From: Klebsormidium nitens | Lineage: Eukaryota; Plantae; Klebsormidiophyceae | Length of the DNA stretch: 64,000 nucleotides | NCBI GenBank assembly: GCA_000708835.1 | Contig: DF237234.1 | Span: 1 to 64,000 of the forward strand | Direction: 5' to 3' | Part shown: positions 32,180-45,300 of the stretch, piece after piece | How the letters are laid out: every line of letters begins with the position of its first letter | Numbering within the stretch: position 1 is the first letter of the stretch | Program-made: the position numbers and the translations under genes | Notes under the pieces: generated by a model | Seen by the model: only the letters and a program-made list of their open reading frames with translations | Told to the model about the DNA's origin: nothing | Databases searched by the model: none

Positions 32180-35100
32180 ATGGCAGGCCTGAAGAAGGCG
32201 GTCCCTCTGGGTGCCATCTTCTGTTTGGCAGTGGCTGTCCTCCTGTCTTCTTGGGAGGCAGCTCCAGAGAAAGCTGGAGCAGGTGCCGGCAACAAAGAAG
32301 CTGTGGAAGCTGGCGGCGCGGTGCGCTCAGTGCAGAGCTCGATGGCGTCCATTGCTGATAGTTCCTATCTTGCCAATGCTTGCCAAGGAGAGGCGCAGGG
32401 GCCCGCACAGGACACATGCTGCAGGGTTGATTTTCCCCCGGAAGCTGGGACACAGGCACGCCGATGCAGATCAGAGGAATGTCCAGCTGATTGCCCCGCT
32501 GCTTCAGAGTCAAGCGGTACGAGGCCGGACGTTGAAAAGAGGGGGGCGAAGAAAACTGCGCAGAGCTCAAGGATGGGGGTGGAGCCAGTGCAAGGGGAGT
32601 GGATAGTGCGCTTCCGCAATTACAAGCATGCCGCCAAGCACAAGCAGCTGCTCGAGCAGCACTTGGGGTTGTCCGGCGAGCTCTGGGGTTGGGTGGACCG
32701 GGTAAACCCCGCCGCAAAGCTGCCGACCGACTTTGGCCTCCTGACGGTGGCGGCCTCTGAGGAAGGGAGGCGCCTCCGGGAGCGTCTGGCAGGCCTTCCA
32801 GACGTGAAGGACGTATCGCCGCAGATGCGATTTACAAGAGGTTTGGCCTGGGATGAGAATCAGGACCAGGACCATCTAGGGTCGCAAGGCAGAAGGGCAC
32901 GGGAAGCCAGGCCCCGGAGGAGTGACTTGCAACAGTCAAGTAGGGAGTCAGGACCAGCGGACGGCGGCGGGCCCGAAGGGGACGCAACAGGGCAAAGCGA
33001 GGGAGACTGGCACACTAATCGGGGCGGTGCTGATTCCACTGCTTCAGTGACTGGTCCTACTCGCAAGCGCCCTGGGCGGTTCCAAACACGGCCGAGCTTT
33101 GCGGGCGACGAAGACCCTGCCCTGGCGGGGCCGTTTGTGCGGGACAATGCGACGGTGGGGCGGGAGCTGCTGCTAGCGCAGCGGAGCCAGATCACGTCGA
33201 TGTTCCAGGCAGAGGAGCTGTGGAAGAAGGGGTACTCGGGGGCCAAGGTGCGCATGGCGGTGTTCGACACGGGCGTGCGCCAGGATCACCCGCACTTTCG
33301 GAACATCGAGGAGCGGACGAATTGGACGAACGAGGACACGCTGGATGACAGTCTCGGGCATGGGACATTTGTGGCGGGGGTGATAGCCAGTCAGGACGGG
33401 CAGTGCCTTGGGTTTGCGCCTGATACAGAGATATACGCCTTTCGGGTGTTCACCAACGCACAGGTGAGGGGACCAAGGTTGAGGGCATGGGTGCTGGTTT
33501 GGGCTCCTTCATATTCATCCGCCGAGGCGTTCTTGGTAGTTGCCTAAGAGGTTTTGAGGAGGTGAAGAGGTGAAGGAAGTGACGCGATCGCTCCTACACC
33601 CCAATATGTTGCCTGCTGCTAAGACAAAGAAGTTTTGAGCTTGTAGATAAGGAAGGCAGGTTGCTTGGTATTTTGAACGTTTTCAATCAACGTTCAAGCT
33701 ATGCCCCGATCTCCGCTTTCGTAAACATCAGTTGGATCGGCGCAATGAGCAGGGGATGGAGCAGTGGAGGTTGTGCTGATGCTTAATGCCCTATATGCGC
33801 AGGTTTCGTATACCAGTTGGTTCCTAGATGCGTTCAACTACGCCATAGCAACCAAGATGAACATCCTGAACCTGAGCATTGGAGGGCCAGACTACTTGGA
33901 CAGGCCGTTTGTAGAGAAGGTGAGACACTCTGGACGATCTATTGTTGCATCACTTTGATCCGACTTCCTTATCCCGGGACTGCATCTATTGTTCTTGCGG
34001 GCTCTTGTAGGGGCGGCTCAATCAAAATGACGACTGTGCTAGAGATGCTTCAAAGCTTTTGCCACTTGTTAGTCCAGCTGTGTTTTGCCGATAGTATTTT
34101 GCCGATAGTTGATAGGTACCTCGGTGTTCGAGCTGCCCTCTTAGCCCCTGATTCGCTGAACCTAGTGAAGACAGTCTGCTTGCCGGAGTGGAGCAAACAC
34201 CTCGTCCGCATTCATGTCTACGATCTATGTCGATCTTTCCTTCCCTCGGGTCAACAGCACCCTCTTATTTACTTGGTTCTCTGTTTTTCGCCCAGCCTGC
34301 TTCAAATGTGGAACAGAGCCGGTCAATTTCCAGGCACTCGACCGACTTATTGGCGTCCCTGTTTCTGATCCCAAGGATTAGACCGGAACACTCATGGAGA
34401 GAGCGGACCTCCGACCTCACGCCCGCTTTTGCACAGTCCTGCCTCCGTCTGTGCCGACTTGATTTGGCATGCAAACTCATCTGTAACGCTTTTCGCGAGG
34501 AAAGCTGATGTTCTCCGTTGCACAAGTCTTACAAGCGTTGTGTCACCTGCAGGTGTGGGAGATGACGGCCAACAACATCATCATGGTGTCCGCCATCGGC
34601 AACGATGGGCCGCTCTACGGCACTCTCAACAACCCTGCCGACCAGAGCGACGTTATCGGCGTCGGCGGCATCGACTACTCTGACGCGATCGCCGCCTTCT
34701 CCTCCCGCGGAATGAGCACTTGGGAGCTTCCGCACGGGTACGGCCGTGTGAAACCCGACATTGTCGCTTACGGACGTGACGTCATCGGGTCGAAGATCTC
34801 GGGGGGCTGCAAGAGTCTGTCGGGAACTAGTGTGGCGAGCCCCGTGGTGGCGGGCGCAGTTTGTCTGCTTGCGAGCGTGGTGCCGGAGGAGCGGCGGTGG
34901 GACATACTCAACCCTGCCAGCATGAAGCAGGCGCTCGTGGAGGGCGCAGTCAAGCTGTCAGGCCCGCACATGTTCGAGCAGGTGAGGGGCTCTTAGAGAG
35001 TAGCGGTCGCAAGGAGTTCTGCTCTGATGGGGTTCTTCTTGCGGCCTTGGCCTAATTTGTCTACTTGTCTGGGAATCCGAAGCTTGGAAAGCCCGCCTTA

Positions 35101-38100
35101 TCGATGGCTCGAACTTTGAAACGTTGTCCGCTTTATCAATAAATGTCAACGTTTCGCAACTTTCTAGTAGGAAAGACTGGATTAGTGATGGATCCCAAAG
35201 CCTCCTCGCTGAGTGGCGAATCGCTACCGTTTTTTTTGCAAGTCGACCTCCAGACGCCGGTATGTCGTTCACTCACAATAATCCTTAGTTCTGAACTTCG
35301 CAATGCAGGGAATGGGCCGGCTGAACCTGATCGAGTCGCACAAGATCTTGGAGGCCTACACCCCGCGCGCCAGCATCTCTCCCGCGACGCTGGACCTCAC
35401 CGAGTGCCCCTACGCCTGGCCGTTTTGCCAGCAGGCCATCTACCACGACGGGATGCCGCTCATCTTCAACGCGACCATCCTGAATGGCATGGGGGTCGTG
35501 GGGTACGTAGAGGGGATCCCTCGCTGGGAGCCGACCAACGAGGAGGGCAAGCTGCTCGACCTGCAGATGACATTCTCGGACGTCATCTGGCCCTGGACCG
35601 GTGAGCCCTCGCCCGCACGGCATCGCTGTCCCGATAGGCCTGTGACTGTGCTGTTGCTCTGAAATTTTGATTTTCGGATCTCGCTTATCGTTGCTAGCAA
35701 CATCCTCCTCGTTTATTCGTGTTTGCAGCGCTTTCGTCAAGGACCTGCATTGCTCCTGTGAACTCAGCTGCTCGTCCTTGATCGTTTCGGTTGTGGTTCC
35801 CCTCACATGCCTTCGCCTATGGTGACTTTGTTCTGCTCGTTCTGCCGCTTCTTTCCGACTTCCTGTGGCCCTAAAACTCATCTCCTTCGTGCCTGCCTCC
35901 CTTCTTCCATTGGCTCCTTCCCCCTTGTCGTGTGCATGTCGAAACAACGTGACCGTCTCTCATTATGGTCTTTAATGGTCTCTTTGTGCCCCTTGCTGCC
36001 GTTTCCTTCTGCTCCCAAGTCTTGCTGATTACCCTGTGCTTTTGCCTCAAGGCCTTCAAACCTTGATTTTGAACGCCTCCGAGCCCTCACAATTGGTTCC
36101 CGCGTTACTGCCTCAGCACATCGCAGAGCAGATCTTTGACATTGACACCTTGCTCCATATTAGCTCAGATCCCCATTTGACCCCCCTTGTTCTTCACCAG
36201 GTTTCCTGGGCCTGTACATCCGCGTCAGCCAAGCCGGCTTTAATACCACGGGCGTCGCAGAGGGGGTTGTCCATGTCACGGTCATCTCGCCCCCTGCGCG
36301 TGGCGAGACTCAGGACCGCCGCTCCAATTGCAGCCTCCCTGTGCGCGTGAACATAATCCCGACGCCACCGCGCAGGTCCGAAGTCGTTTCACCTCCTGAC
36401 GCTAGCACCCTTTCTTTTCGTCCGGAATGATTCTTCTTGTTCCCTTCCCAGTGAGTCGCCACGCTTGCTTGCCTGCATTGGAGAAGCACACGCTCTCTCC
36501 CAGTTCTGACGTTACTCCTTTCAATGTCCATTTGCCGCATTTTGAGCACCTTCCCAACCGGGCATCCTGCAAATACCTGCTGAAGGCAGGGAAAGCTATG
36601 TAGCCCTTTGCCTTTTGCTGACAAGAGCATTGGTCTGTGTCCTGCAGTGCGCGTGTCCTCTGGGACCAGTTCCACAACGTGCGCTACCCCCCAGGCTACC
36701 TCCCGAGGGATTCGCTCGACGTGCGGAACGACATCTTGGACTGGCACGGCGACCACCCGCACACCAACTTCCACGGCATGTACGACGCGCTGCGGTCCAA
36801 CGGATACTTTCTGGAGGTGCTCGGGTCGCCCTTCACGTGCTTCGACGCCGAAAAGGTGGGCAGCGGCGCTGCATCGAGAAACTTGCAGGAAGCGCGAGAT
36901 CGTTTGTGTTCCGTTGCGCACTTCTTGAAATTTGCAGCACTCCGTGAGGCCACGTCATCTTTTGAAATCATATGGCTTCCACCGCTGGGCCTCTAACAAG
37001 AAGGGAGACACAGTCATCAAAGTCTTGCTCTCCTCCGGACACTCTTGGCCGCCAGCAGCGAGCGGGGCTCTTTGATGCGAGCACCAACAAGTTGCTCCGT
37101 TCCACGATTCACCTTGTTCCTGCCTGATATTTTGCAGTATGGGGCGTTGCTGCTGGTGGACTCGGAGGAGGAGTACTTCCCGGAGGAGGTGGCCAAGCTG
37201 CAGGACGACGTGCGCAGCAAGGGGCTGGGCCTCATCGTGTTTGCGGACTGGTACCAGGTCGCGGCCATGGTCAAGATGAAGTTCTTCGACGACAACACGC
37301 GCAGGTGGGCACCCGCATCCCGTCTCTCCTCTCGACCTTTGAAAGCGGAGTTGATATGCGTGATGTATGCTGATTCTATCAAAAATATGCGTCGGCAGAC
37401 TGTCTGGGCAGGCGTCGCCCATTCAAACATTTCGTTTACAACTTGTCTCCGACCCGAGATTGTTTCGACGCCACCTGTCACTCCACGCTAGACAACGGCT
37501 CCCAACTATCAGCGAAGGGCGTTTCCATAAGCCTGCAACCACCCACCCCTCTTTGCCGCCAGTCTGCAAAGAAGCCCCCAAATCATTGCCGATTAAGCAC
37601 TGGCATGCGAAACAGCGATTGATCCTTCTGGCGGGTCGATCTTCGGCTTTCCACTCTGCTGTGGAAGATGGGTTTCTCAAGTCAACGCCTCCGTCTGCAG
37701 TTGGTGGACCCCCGCCACGGGCGGCGCCAACGTTCCCGCCCTGAACGACCTCCTCTCCGGCTTCGGCATCGCATTCGGCGACACGATCCTGGCGGGGTCC
37801 TTTTCCATGGGCGCCGAGCGCACCCATTTCGCCTCAGGCGCCAATCTCGCGCGCTTCCCGGCCAACGGCACCGTGCACCGCTTCAGCCTTCAGGTGCAGA
37901 GCGAGGCCGAGACAGCGCCGCCGAATGAGGTTGTGCCAGCTGTCGTGCAGCCACTCAATCCAGCCGATGCTAACCGGACCGTCGTCGGAGTTCTGGCGGT
38001 GAACGGGACAGCGGTCTCGCGGGGGGGTGAGATTGCCAATAATCTGACGGGGGTGGTTGTCCAAGCCGGGCACTCGGCTGCGGGGGCAGCGAAGAAGGTC

Positions 38101-40913
38101 AACGATTCCGTGGACGCGGTTGGAACGGCGGATGCTGGGGCGCTGGGAAACGACCTAAACGTGACTCGCGCGGAGGGGGAGGAGAAGAATGCGACGTCAG
38201 TCGAGTCGGTAAGCCGGAAAAACGACTCGGAGGCAGGGGTGGATGGCCCCGCGTTTGAGGACGTGCCGAACGAGCGAGGCGGTTTCGACCCCGCGCGAAA
38301 CGCGGAGCTGAACGAGGTGCAGTTGGAAGAAGAGCGCCGGAAAAGGGCCCGGCGGACCGCGAAGGATGTTCCGATTGGCAGATTGCGACCGGCCGATAAG
38401 GGTGCTTTGTCAAGGAAAAAGGAACGGGGGGATAGTGCCGGGGTGCGGAGTGGTGAAACCATGGGGATCGGAGAAGCTTCTTCGGTTCAGGGGGCTGAGA
38501 GCAGTCAGCGGCGGAGGCTGGCGGGCGCCCCCAATTCCATGGCGACCGCTCCGATCCTGGGCCTGACCACAGCGGGGGAGGGCAGGATTGTGGCGTACGG
38601 GGACTCGAACTGCCTCGACAGCAGCCATCAGGTAGGAAAGATACGCTGTGCCGCGCCGAACAACTTGCATCTTGACCCATTGGAGTTTAAGCTAGCGGAA
38701 GCAGGAGGTACCTTCTTCTGCTGGACAAGTGCTTTCGGTCCTGAATGAAAGAACACTTCAGGACGAACGGGATTGAAGGTGGGGAAGTTGCCGCATGTAG
38801 ATTACTGTGCCACCAGCCGGCTGTGGGTGCATTACACCACCCCGTAGACGCTTTGGAGTTTTTTTAATGATTTGCGCCCTTATTAAGCTCCGTGTATCTC
38901 TCGACATTTGTCATGAGCAGTTCTGCTGCAAATCGTCCAGGTCTTTGTTGTGAGGAAAGCTTCAGCTCAGTTTCCCCACAATCTGCTGACGTCGTGTCTC
39001 GTGCCCCTCCGTTTCAGGTGGTCAACTGCTACTGGCTGCTGCTCCAGATGCTCGACTTCGCGGCGGGTGGCAACAAGCCCACCACGCTCTTCCCCATCGG
39101 GTTCTCGCAGAGCGAGCCCGTTGGGACCGACGCGCTGCTCCCGAAGAGGCGAGATGACGTCAATTTCACGGAATACTCGGCGGTGCTAGGGAAGCCGCTC
39201 GAGGTAAGCGCGCGTTATTTTGCCACAGGAATAGGCTCCTTTCAGGGCCTTTTCCTCCTCTTCGTGTGGCCATGTATATCTAGCAGGGGGTTAGTCAGGT
39301 GTTGAAGGCGGTTTTCCTTAGAACGAAGCGCAGCTGTGTTTGAGTGGTCCGTAATCGTTACATGCCGCTCATAATGCATACCATCTCAACTCCTTTCGTG
39401 CAGTGTGGCCTAGATTCGCCGTTTCATACTGCAAGCCCGCTGCCGCCCGCCTCGTCGGTGCCCATCAGCCGCAGCGCGGGGCTGGGCCTCAAGGAGCGCC
39501 GCGAGGCGTCGGAGCGGCTGCGAGAGGCGGAAGACCTGAAGGGCCTGTCCAACGGGGACTGGGAGCAAGTGTCGGACCAGGTGGGGGGGGCACAGGAACG
39601 GCCCGCCAAGAAGGGGGGGGTATCAGTAGATCCTAACGAAGAGAGTACGGAGAGAGAAAGAGAGGTAAAAGAGGGGGAAGTTCTGCCGGTCGGGGGGGAA
39701 GGCATCGGGTTTGAGGAAAAGGGGGGGGGAGAAAGGAACGCGACGGAGGGGGGGCAGGTTGCAAGCGTGGAGGACGAAGAGCTGGGGATTGATGACGAGG
39801 ACGAAGCGGAGGGGGGGTGGCACGCAGCGGGCGCGACAGCGAACAAGACGCGGGGGGAGGATGCGAAACCGAAGGAGAACAAGGGCGGGAGTTCGTCCTC
39901 GCTCCTGGTGAGTGAGCCCCCGCGGCGAAGCACCGTGACCAACGAGACGTGAATGGCATGCAGTTAGGAGGAAGCAAGGGTTGCGTGTGTTGGGCTGTTA
40001 GTAAAGCCGAGCGGCTGTGACATGACCTTCAGCAGCGTGAGATGTCAAGCGCGTTCTCTCCGCACCATCCGATGCTTTGGTTGGAAGGTCACGTCATTGA
40101 CATGCCAAAAATGGGGATAGATAGCAGAGCGCTAGCCGCTTGGTGTACGAACGGATGATCGGGGTGCTTTCCGCTGATAAGATTTGTGGTTTTGGTGCTG
40201 CAGCAACGGATCAAACCCTCGAACGAGCCCCTGAGCCAAAGCTACTACGGCTATGTGTCCCTACTGCTAGTGGTCATCGGTGAGCTCGCCCCCATTTCCC
40301 TTCTCCTTTCTCGTCCTTTCTTCTTTTTATACAAGGATGACAAATTTCCTGACAGTGAGTACCCCGGCAGTCCGAGGAGGCGCAAACCTTTTGCAACGGC
40401 GGACTGACTTGTGATTTTCCTCTCGTCACTGCTTGCAACCCCTGTGCTGCTTCTGGTGGCGAACTGCTTCGAAAGATAACCTCTCCTCAGTGGACTGCCC
40501 ACGTTCGGCAGCTTCTTCCTTGCTTGGCAGCTCTTGTTCATAACGTCGGTTGTTTTAAGCAACGAAGCGGACACCAAGACGTCTGTGTGCTTTCAGGGCT
40601 GCAACCAGTTTCCAGCTGGCGGTGCTGGCGCGCCTTCTGGTTACTCACCACCTTTTGCTGATTGGTCGCACACTGGTTTGCAGGTTTTGCTTTGATCCTT
40701 CTTCTGTGGCGAGCGCGCCAGAAGCGGAAGCGCCAAGTGAATGCCCACAGGGACTCTGACGATGGGGGCGAAAGTCTCAAGGCGTCGAGGGGTGACGTAG
40801 ATTTTTACGGGTCTAGTGACGATAGGCAAGGGAGAACGGCCAAGGAAAGGAAGGCGGTCGTGCCGGGGAAAGAGAGGCCGACGAGCCCGCACTCGCCATC
40901 TAGCATGGTCTAG
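32180..40913 (+). CDS. SBT6.1: Site-1 protease / subtilase SBT6.1 (MBTPS1 ortholog), type I membrane protein with large insertions; about 1532 aa, 12 exons
   Basis: Signal peptide, prodomain [13 protein letters not shown], catalytic triad [20 protein letters not shown] and oxyanion [70 protein letters not shown]-terminal transmembrane segment [21 protein letters not shown] followed by RARQKRKR. Exons 32180-33463, 33803-33919, 34553-34981, 35309-35600, 36201-36375, 36648-36855, 37138-37304, 37701-38631, 39018-39203, 39404-39907, 40204-40279, 40684-40913. Confidence 0.93.
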
Positions 40914-42334
40914 GTCTTGAGTAGCTAGGATGTAGCCGAGAAAGTCGCAGTTGAGGAGGAATAACCTTGAAACGTGACCGTGCCTCGCTCGAGGCCTGCA
41001 TCGTTTTTCTCATCCACTCCGTGGAAGTAGACCTGCCTCCGGCATGATCTTGATCAGAGCGAACGTTACTCTTGTATGCCTTTTGGGATTGTGAGTCGAG
41101 ACAATCACCGAGAATTTTTCACAAGCCACAAAACGAAGCCATGGCAGCTTGATGTTACGCTGTCTACCGTCTCAGAAAAGCCTACATAGACCTATGTCCA
41201 TATCATACGCGGCTTTTGCGGTGTCTAACGAGGCTTGCATCTGCTGCATATGCATGCAGAGGAGCCACGCGCCTTGCAAGATAGAGCCATACACCAGCCT
41301 TGTGTAGATTCGAGGAGGGCCTGAAGGAGGAGGAGTCGTCGATGATGTTCTCAGTTGTACGTAGACTCGTCGAGCCTACTTGACCGGCTCGCGGCCGGGC
41401 CGGACGGGCGCAGCCACTGAGACCAAATCATATAATCTATAACGACAATTTTGCACGCGCGCATGTTCGACACAAGTGCCACGGCATGAGGGGGTCCAAT
41501 GTGCCTCGATCACACCCCCTGGGCCAGGGGTGTGCCCGCCAGTCTGAATGAGTCATCAAACGATGCAGCATAGCTAGTCCGACTCCTAGGTACATGTGTG
41601 TGTGCGAGGAAGGAAGCCCTGGGCCCAGATGATCCGCTGCATTTTCAACGCATCTGGAGGATCATCCTGGCAGGAGAAAAGCATCGCTGGTGTCAGCGCG
41701 TTCTGGCGCTGCACATCAGTTTTATCCTAGTGATTCACCAACCGATTGGCAGGTATTTTGGACGTCCTGGACTTCTGTATTCCTGCCTGAAAAGAGTGCT
41801 GCCGTTCCGCAGTAGCTTGTCCCGTGAACAAGCATGAAGTAGCATGAGCTAGAAGCCCGTGAATTAAGTGGCAAACCGCAATTCAGAGGGTTTCTACATC
41901 CCAAAAGCTTCGTCATCGATGCTCCCATAGGCAGGGTATCATCAAGGCATCTCTGATGTTTGTTTCGCATTTACAGTGGTTGACGCTTCCTGCCTTGGAA
42001 GGCCTTGGTACAAGGGAGTAGGAAGCTGCCGTTGAAGGGTGGGGTTTTCGCTCGTGACCTCGTCGTCTTCAGGCAGAACAGGCCAGCTCGTTTGAGCCCC
42101 TCATTTGCAGGCAAGGGTTTCTCGTTTACAATGAGGCTCCTTTCAAAGCCAACACAGCAAGGCCACCTCTGAGAGTTCTTGCGGTCAATCCCTCGGGGGC
42201 CTCTCACTTACTTCACTGATTGATCACTCAGTCACGCCCCTTTGCTCAGGCTCTTATGATGTTGACATAGTTTCCTGCGTCAAAGCGTTCTGCTGACGCC
42301 AGGTCGCGCCCCTCTGCTGCTGCCAGGTGGCGCC

Positions 42335-45300
42335 ATGGGGATCACCACGTCGACTGCCAGCAGCGGCGAGCAGCTGCACATCACGCTCAAGCTGCACGAG
42401 GTGCACCAGCTCCCGGGGGGGCTCGCGCCCCACGTCACGGGCGAATCCCCGCTGGCGGGGGGCTGGGATGCAGGCAAATCGGTCCCCATGGAACGCGAGT
42501 CACTCTCCACCTGGAGCCTGGCCTTTGTCCTCCCAGCCAGTCATGAGGAGCTGAAGTTCAAGTTTGTGCTGAAGCCGCGGGGGGTGGCGCACCCAGTGCA
42601 ACTAGAGGAGGGCCCCGAGCGCGTGTTGAGGGACGGGGATATGGAGGGGTCTGTTGCGGCGTCGTTCCGGCTGGGACCCGGGAGGCAGACCGCGGCGCCC
42701 GAGAGCGTGCCGAGCACTCCGAAGCTGGGGGCGCTGCTCGAGTTTCCGGTGGATCTGCAGGTGGAGAAGGTGTCGCCGTTTGTGCTGGCGGCCAACTACA
42801 AGGCAATGAAGGAACGGCAGCAGGTGGGGATTGGGCAGGGGGGGGTGCTTTACAGCTGTCGATGCAGGGTCACAGTCAAAGAGGCTCTTTGGTGTTGTGG
42901 GGGTTAACAAGCACGGCCCGCATGGGATATTGCAACGTTCCAATCGTCATGCAGAGGTCCAGATACAGATGGAATCAATCAAGGAAAGTATGAGAGAAAT
43001 CAATCTTAGAAACAATCCTACACTTCCGAAAATCAGGGTCAATAGTAGGTCAACACCCTCCGTAAAGCTTGAACTGTCCGGGCTGTTCTAGTGGAGGTTA
43101 TACAGATGTCCACTAGAAGAGGGTTTTAGGATTCCTTTCCGTCATACAATTTGAACATAACATCATCACCAGAAGTCAACCGGATTGTCTCTTTCGCAGT
43201 CCCGCAGCGTTGGGGTCCGGCGCGGTCTCGGCGCCATGTCCCTCGATCCCACCCCCGAGAACTCCCAGGTGTCAGGGGGCTCCTCTGACGACCTGCAGCG
43301 CTTTGAGGTGCCCACCAAGTCTACCTCGCCGCACTACGTCGCCAACTCAGCAGAGGAGCCCAGGAACCTCTCCCGCTCCGTGTCTGCCCCCCATACGACC
43401 CGCTCGATACTTAAGAAGCCTGACCAAGGGTTGTCTGACACAGAGTATCGGAATAGGTGAGCTTGTCACTTAAAGGGCTGTCCTTAAAGAATAGGTCCTC
43501 TGTCGGTTTGTGGAGTCCACGGAATGACGACATTGAAGGGTGCAAGGTGTGAGAGCCTCTCTATGTAATTGAATTTGAGTTAGGCGTGGCAGGAGCTTGT
43601 CCAGCCGCTTGTTACGTTTTTAAGAGGGTTGGTAATAGACGGTTGGGGTTAGAAGTAGCCTCCGCGTGCTTGAACAAACGACTGGTTGCCTCTCATCGCC
43701 GCTTCTGTAGATTCAGCTGACCGCCTGTTTCCACGTAAAGCTTCAAACGGCCTGATTGCAGTTTGAGAACCCTCGGTCGATTTCCACCTTGTCTAGGTGT
43801 GTTTCGATCAAGGACCTCGTCGTCCTCGAGTCGGAGTCCGTCTCCGAGCCCCCCGCCGTCAAATCCATATCCTCCGCCGCGCCCGCCATCAAGTCGGGGG
43901 TCGAACAGAAGCTCATGTTCGCCCCCAAGGCCGGCAGCCCAACATGGGTCGGAACGTCCTTGGGCGAGTCGCCGAGAGCACGGGAACCAAGTGAGCGCCG
44001 ATGCCTTCCGCTTCATGTCACTCGTAAACCTTGTGCTTGCTTGACGAGAAAGAGACGACACCAAGGACGAGAAAAAGCTAGGAGAGGAGCAGGCAAGACA
44101 GTGTGTATCGACTGGCAGGAGAAGGGACTTGGGGGGTTTCAACTTTTCCTTCTCTTCCCTCTGCACAGTTGCAGACGTACTGCTTAGGAGATGCCGTGCT
44201 TCCCTCTGCTCTTCTCAGTCTCCAGTCTCCTGTACCCTCACAATCCTTCTTGATCGCTATCCATCTGCACCTTGGCACAGCAAAAGCGGGCCGCAAAAAC
44301 GGCGATCAATTGCTGTCTTGTCTCTTCAGCGAGCGCCCGAAGCTCCGAGGACGGCGGTGAGATGCCGGACGCCGCAGGGGCGGTGGCCGCCGCCGCGATT
44401 GCAGACCGTATGCTGGGGCCCAAGGAGCGACGACAGCTGGCCATCATCCTGGTGGGGCTGCCCGCCCGGGGGAAGACCTTCACCGCAGCCAAGCTGGTGA
44501 GCGGCGGACCGCTTCGGAAACCTTTGTCGCTCTCCCGAGATGGTCGAGCTGCGAGCGAGAGAGAAGATCTCTCTCGCATTAAGAGATGGTAAGTGCCGCT
44601 CCGGAGATGATTTTCACGGTCTCCAAGATACTAGGTCAACGGAGCCGGAGTCGTGACCTCTTTGGTGGATTGGAAAATTGTGGGAGGCGATGTGAGTCAG
44701 AGGGGTGCTTTGCGGATCCTGCTGACTTCCCAACTTTCTTCTGAACAAAAACCTCGGACGGAAAAGCATACATAAGGTCAAATACCCTCATCCTTTCAAC
44801 TTCCTTGACACGAGGCATCATCGTATGGAAGAACGCCGCCTGCCCATTCCTCTCGTTCCGCTCTTCCGCTCATTCCGTTGCCGTGCCTCCGCCCAGACGC
44901 GGTACCTGCGGTGGCTGGGCCACGACACGAAGCACTTCAACGTGGGCAAGTACCGGCGCCTCGTGCACGGCGCCAACCAGAGCGCCGACTTTTTCCGCGC
45001 CGACAACCAGGAGGCCGTCGCCGCACGCCACCAGGTCGCGGCGCTCGCAATGGAGGACATGCTCGCGTGGATGGAGGCGGGCGGGCAGGTGCGCGCATTT
45101 TTTTCCAGAGTTACGGTAATGTTTGGAGCTCATTTCTTGTGCTGGAATATCAGAGACATGGGGAGGACATGCTTGCGTGGAGGCGGGCGGGCAGGTGCGC
45201 GCATTTTATTCCAGAGTTATGGTAATGTGTGGAGCTCAATTGCTGTGCTGGGAATCCAAAGACATGGGGAGGACATGCTTGCCTGGATGGAGCCGGGCGC

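Noticed and set aside
41511-41534. Small GC hairpin (cacacccc...ggggtgtg) resembling a Helitron 3' hairpin
   Set aside because: No CTRR terminus at the expected distance and no other element features.
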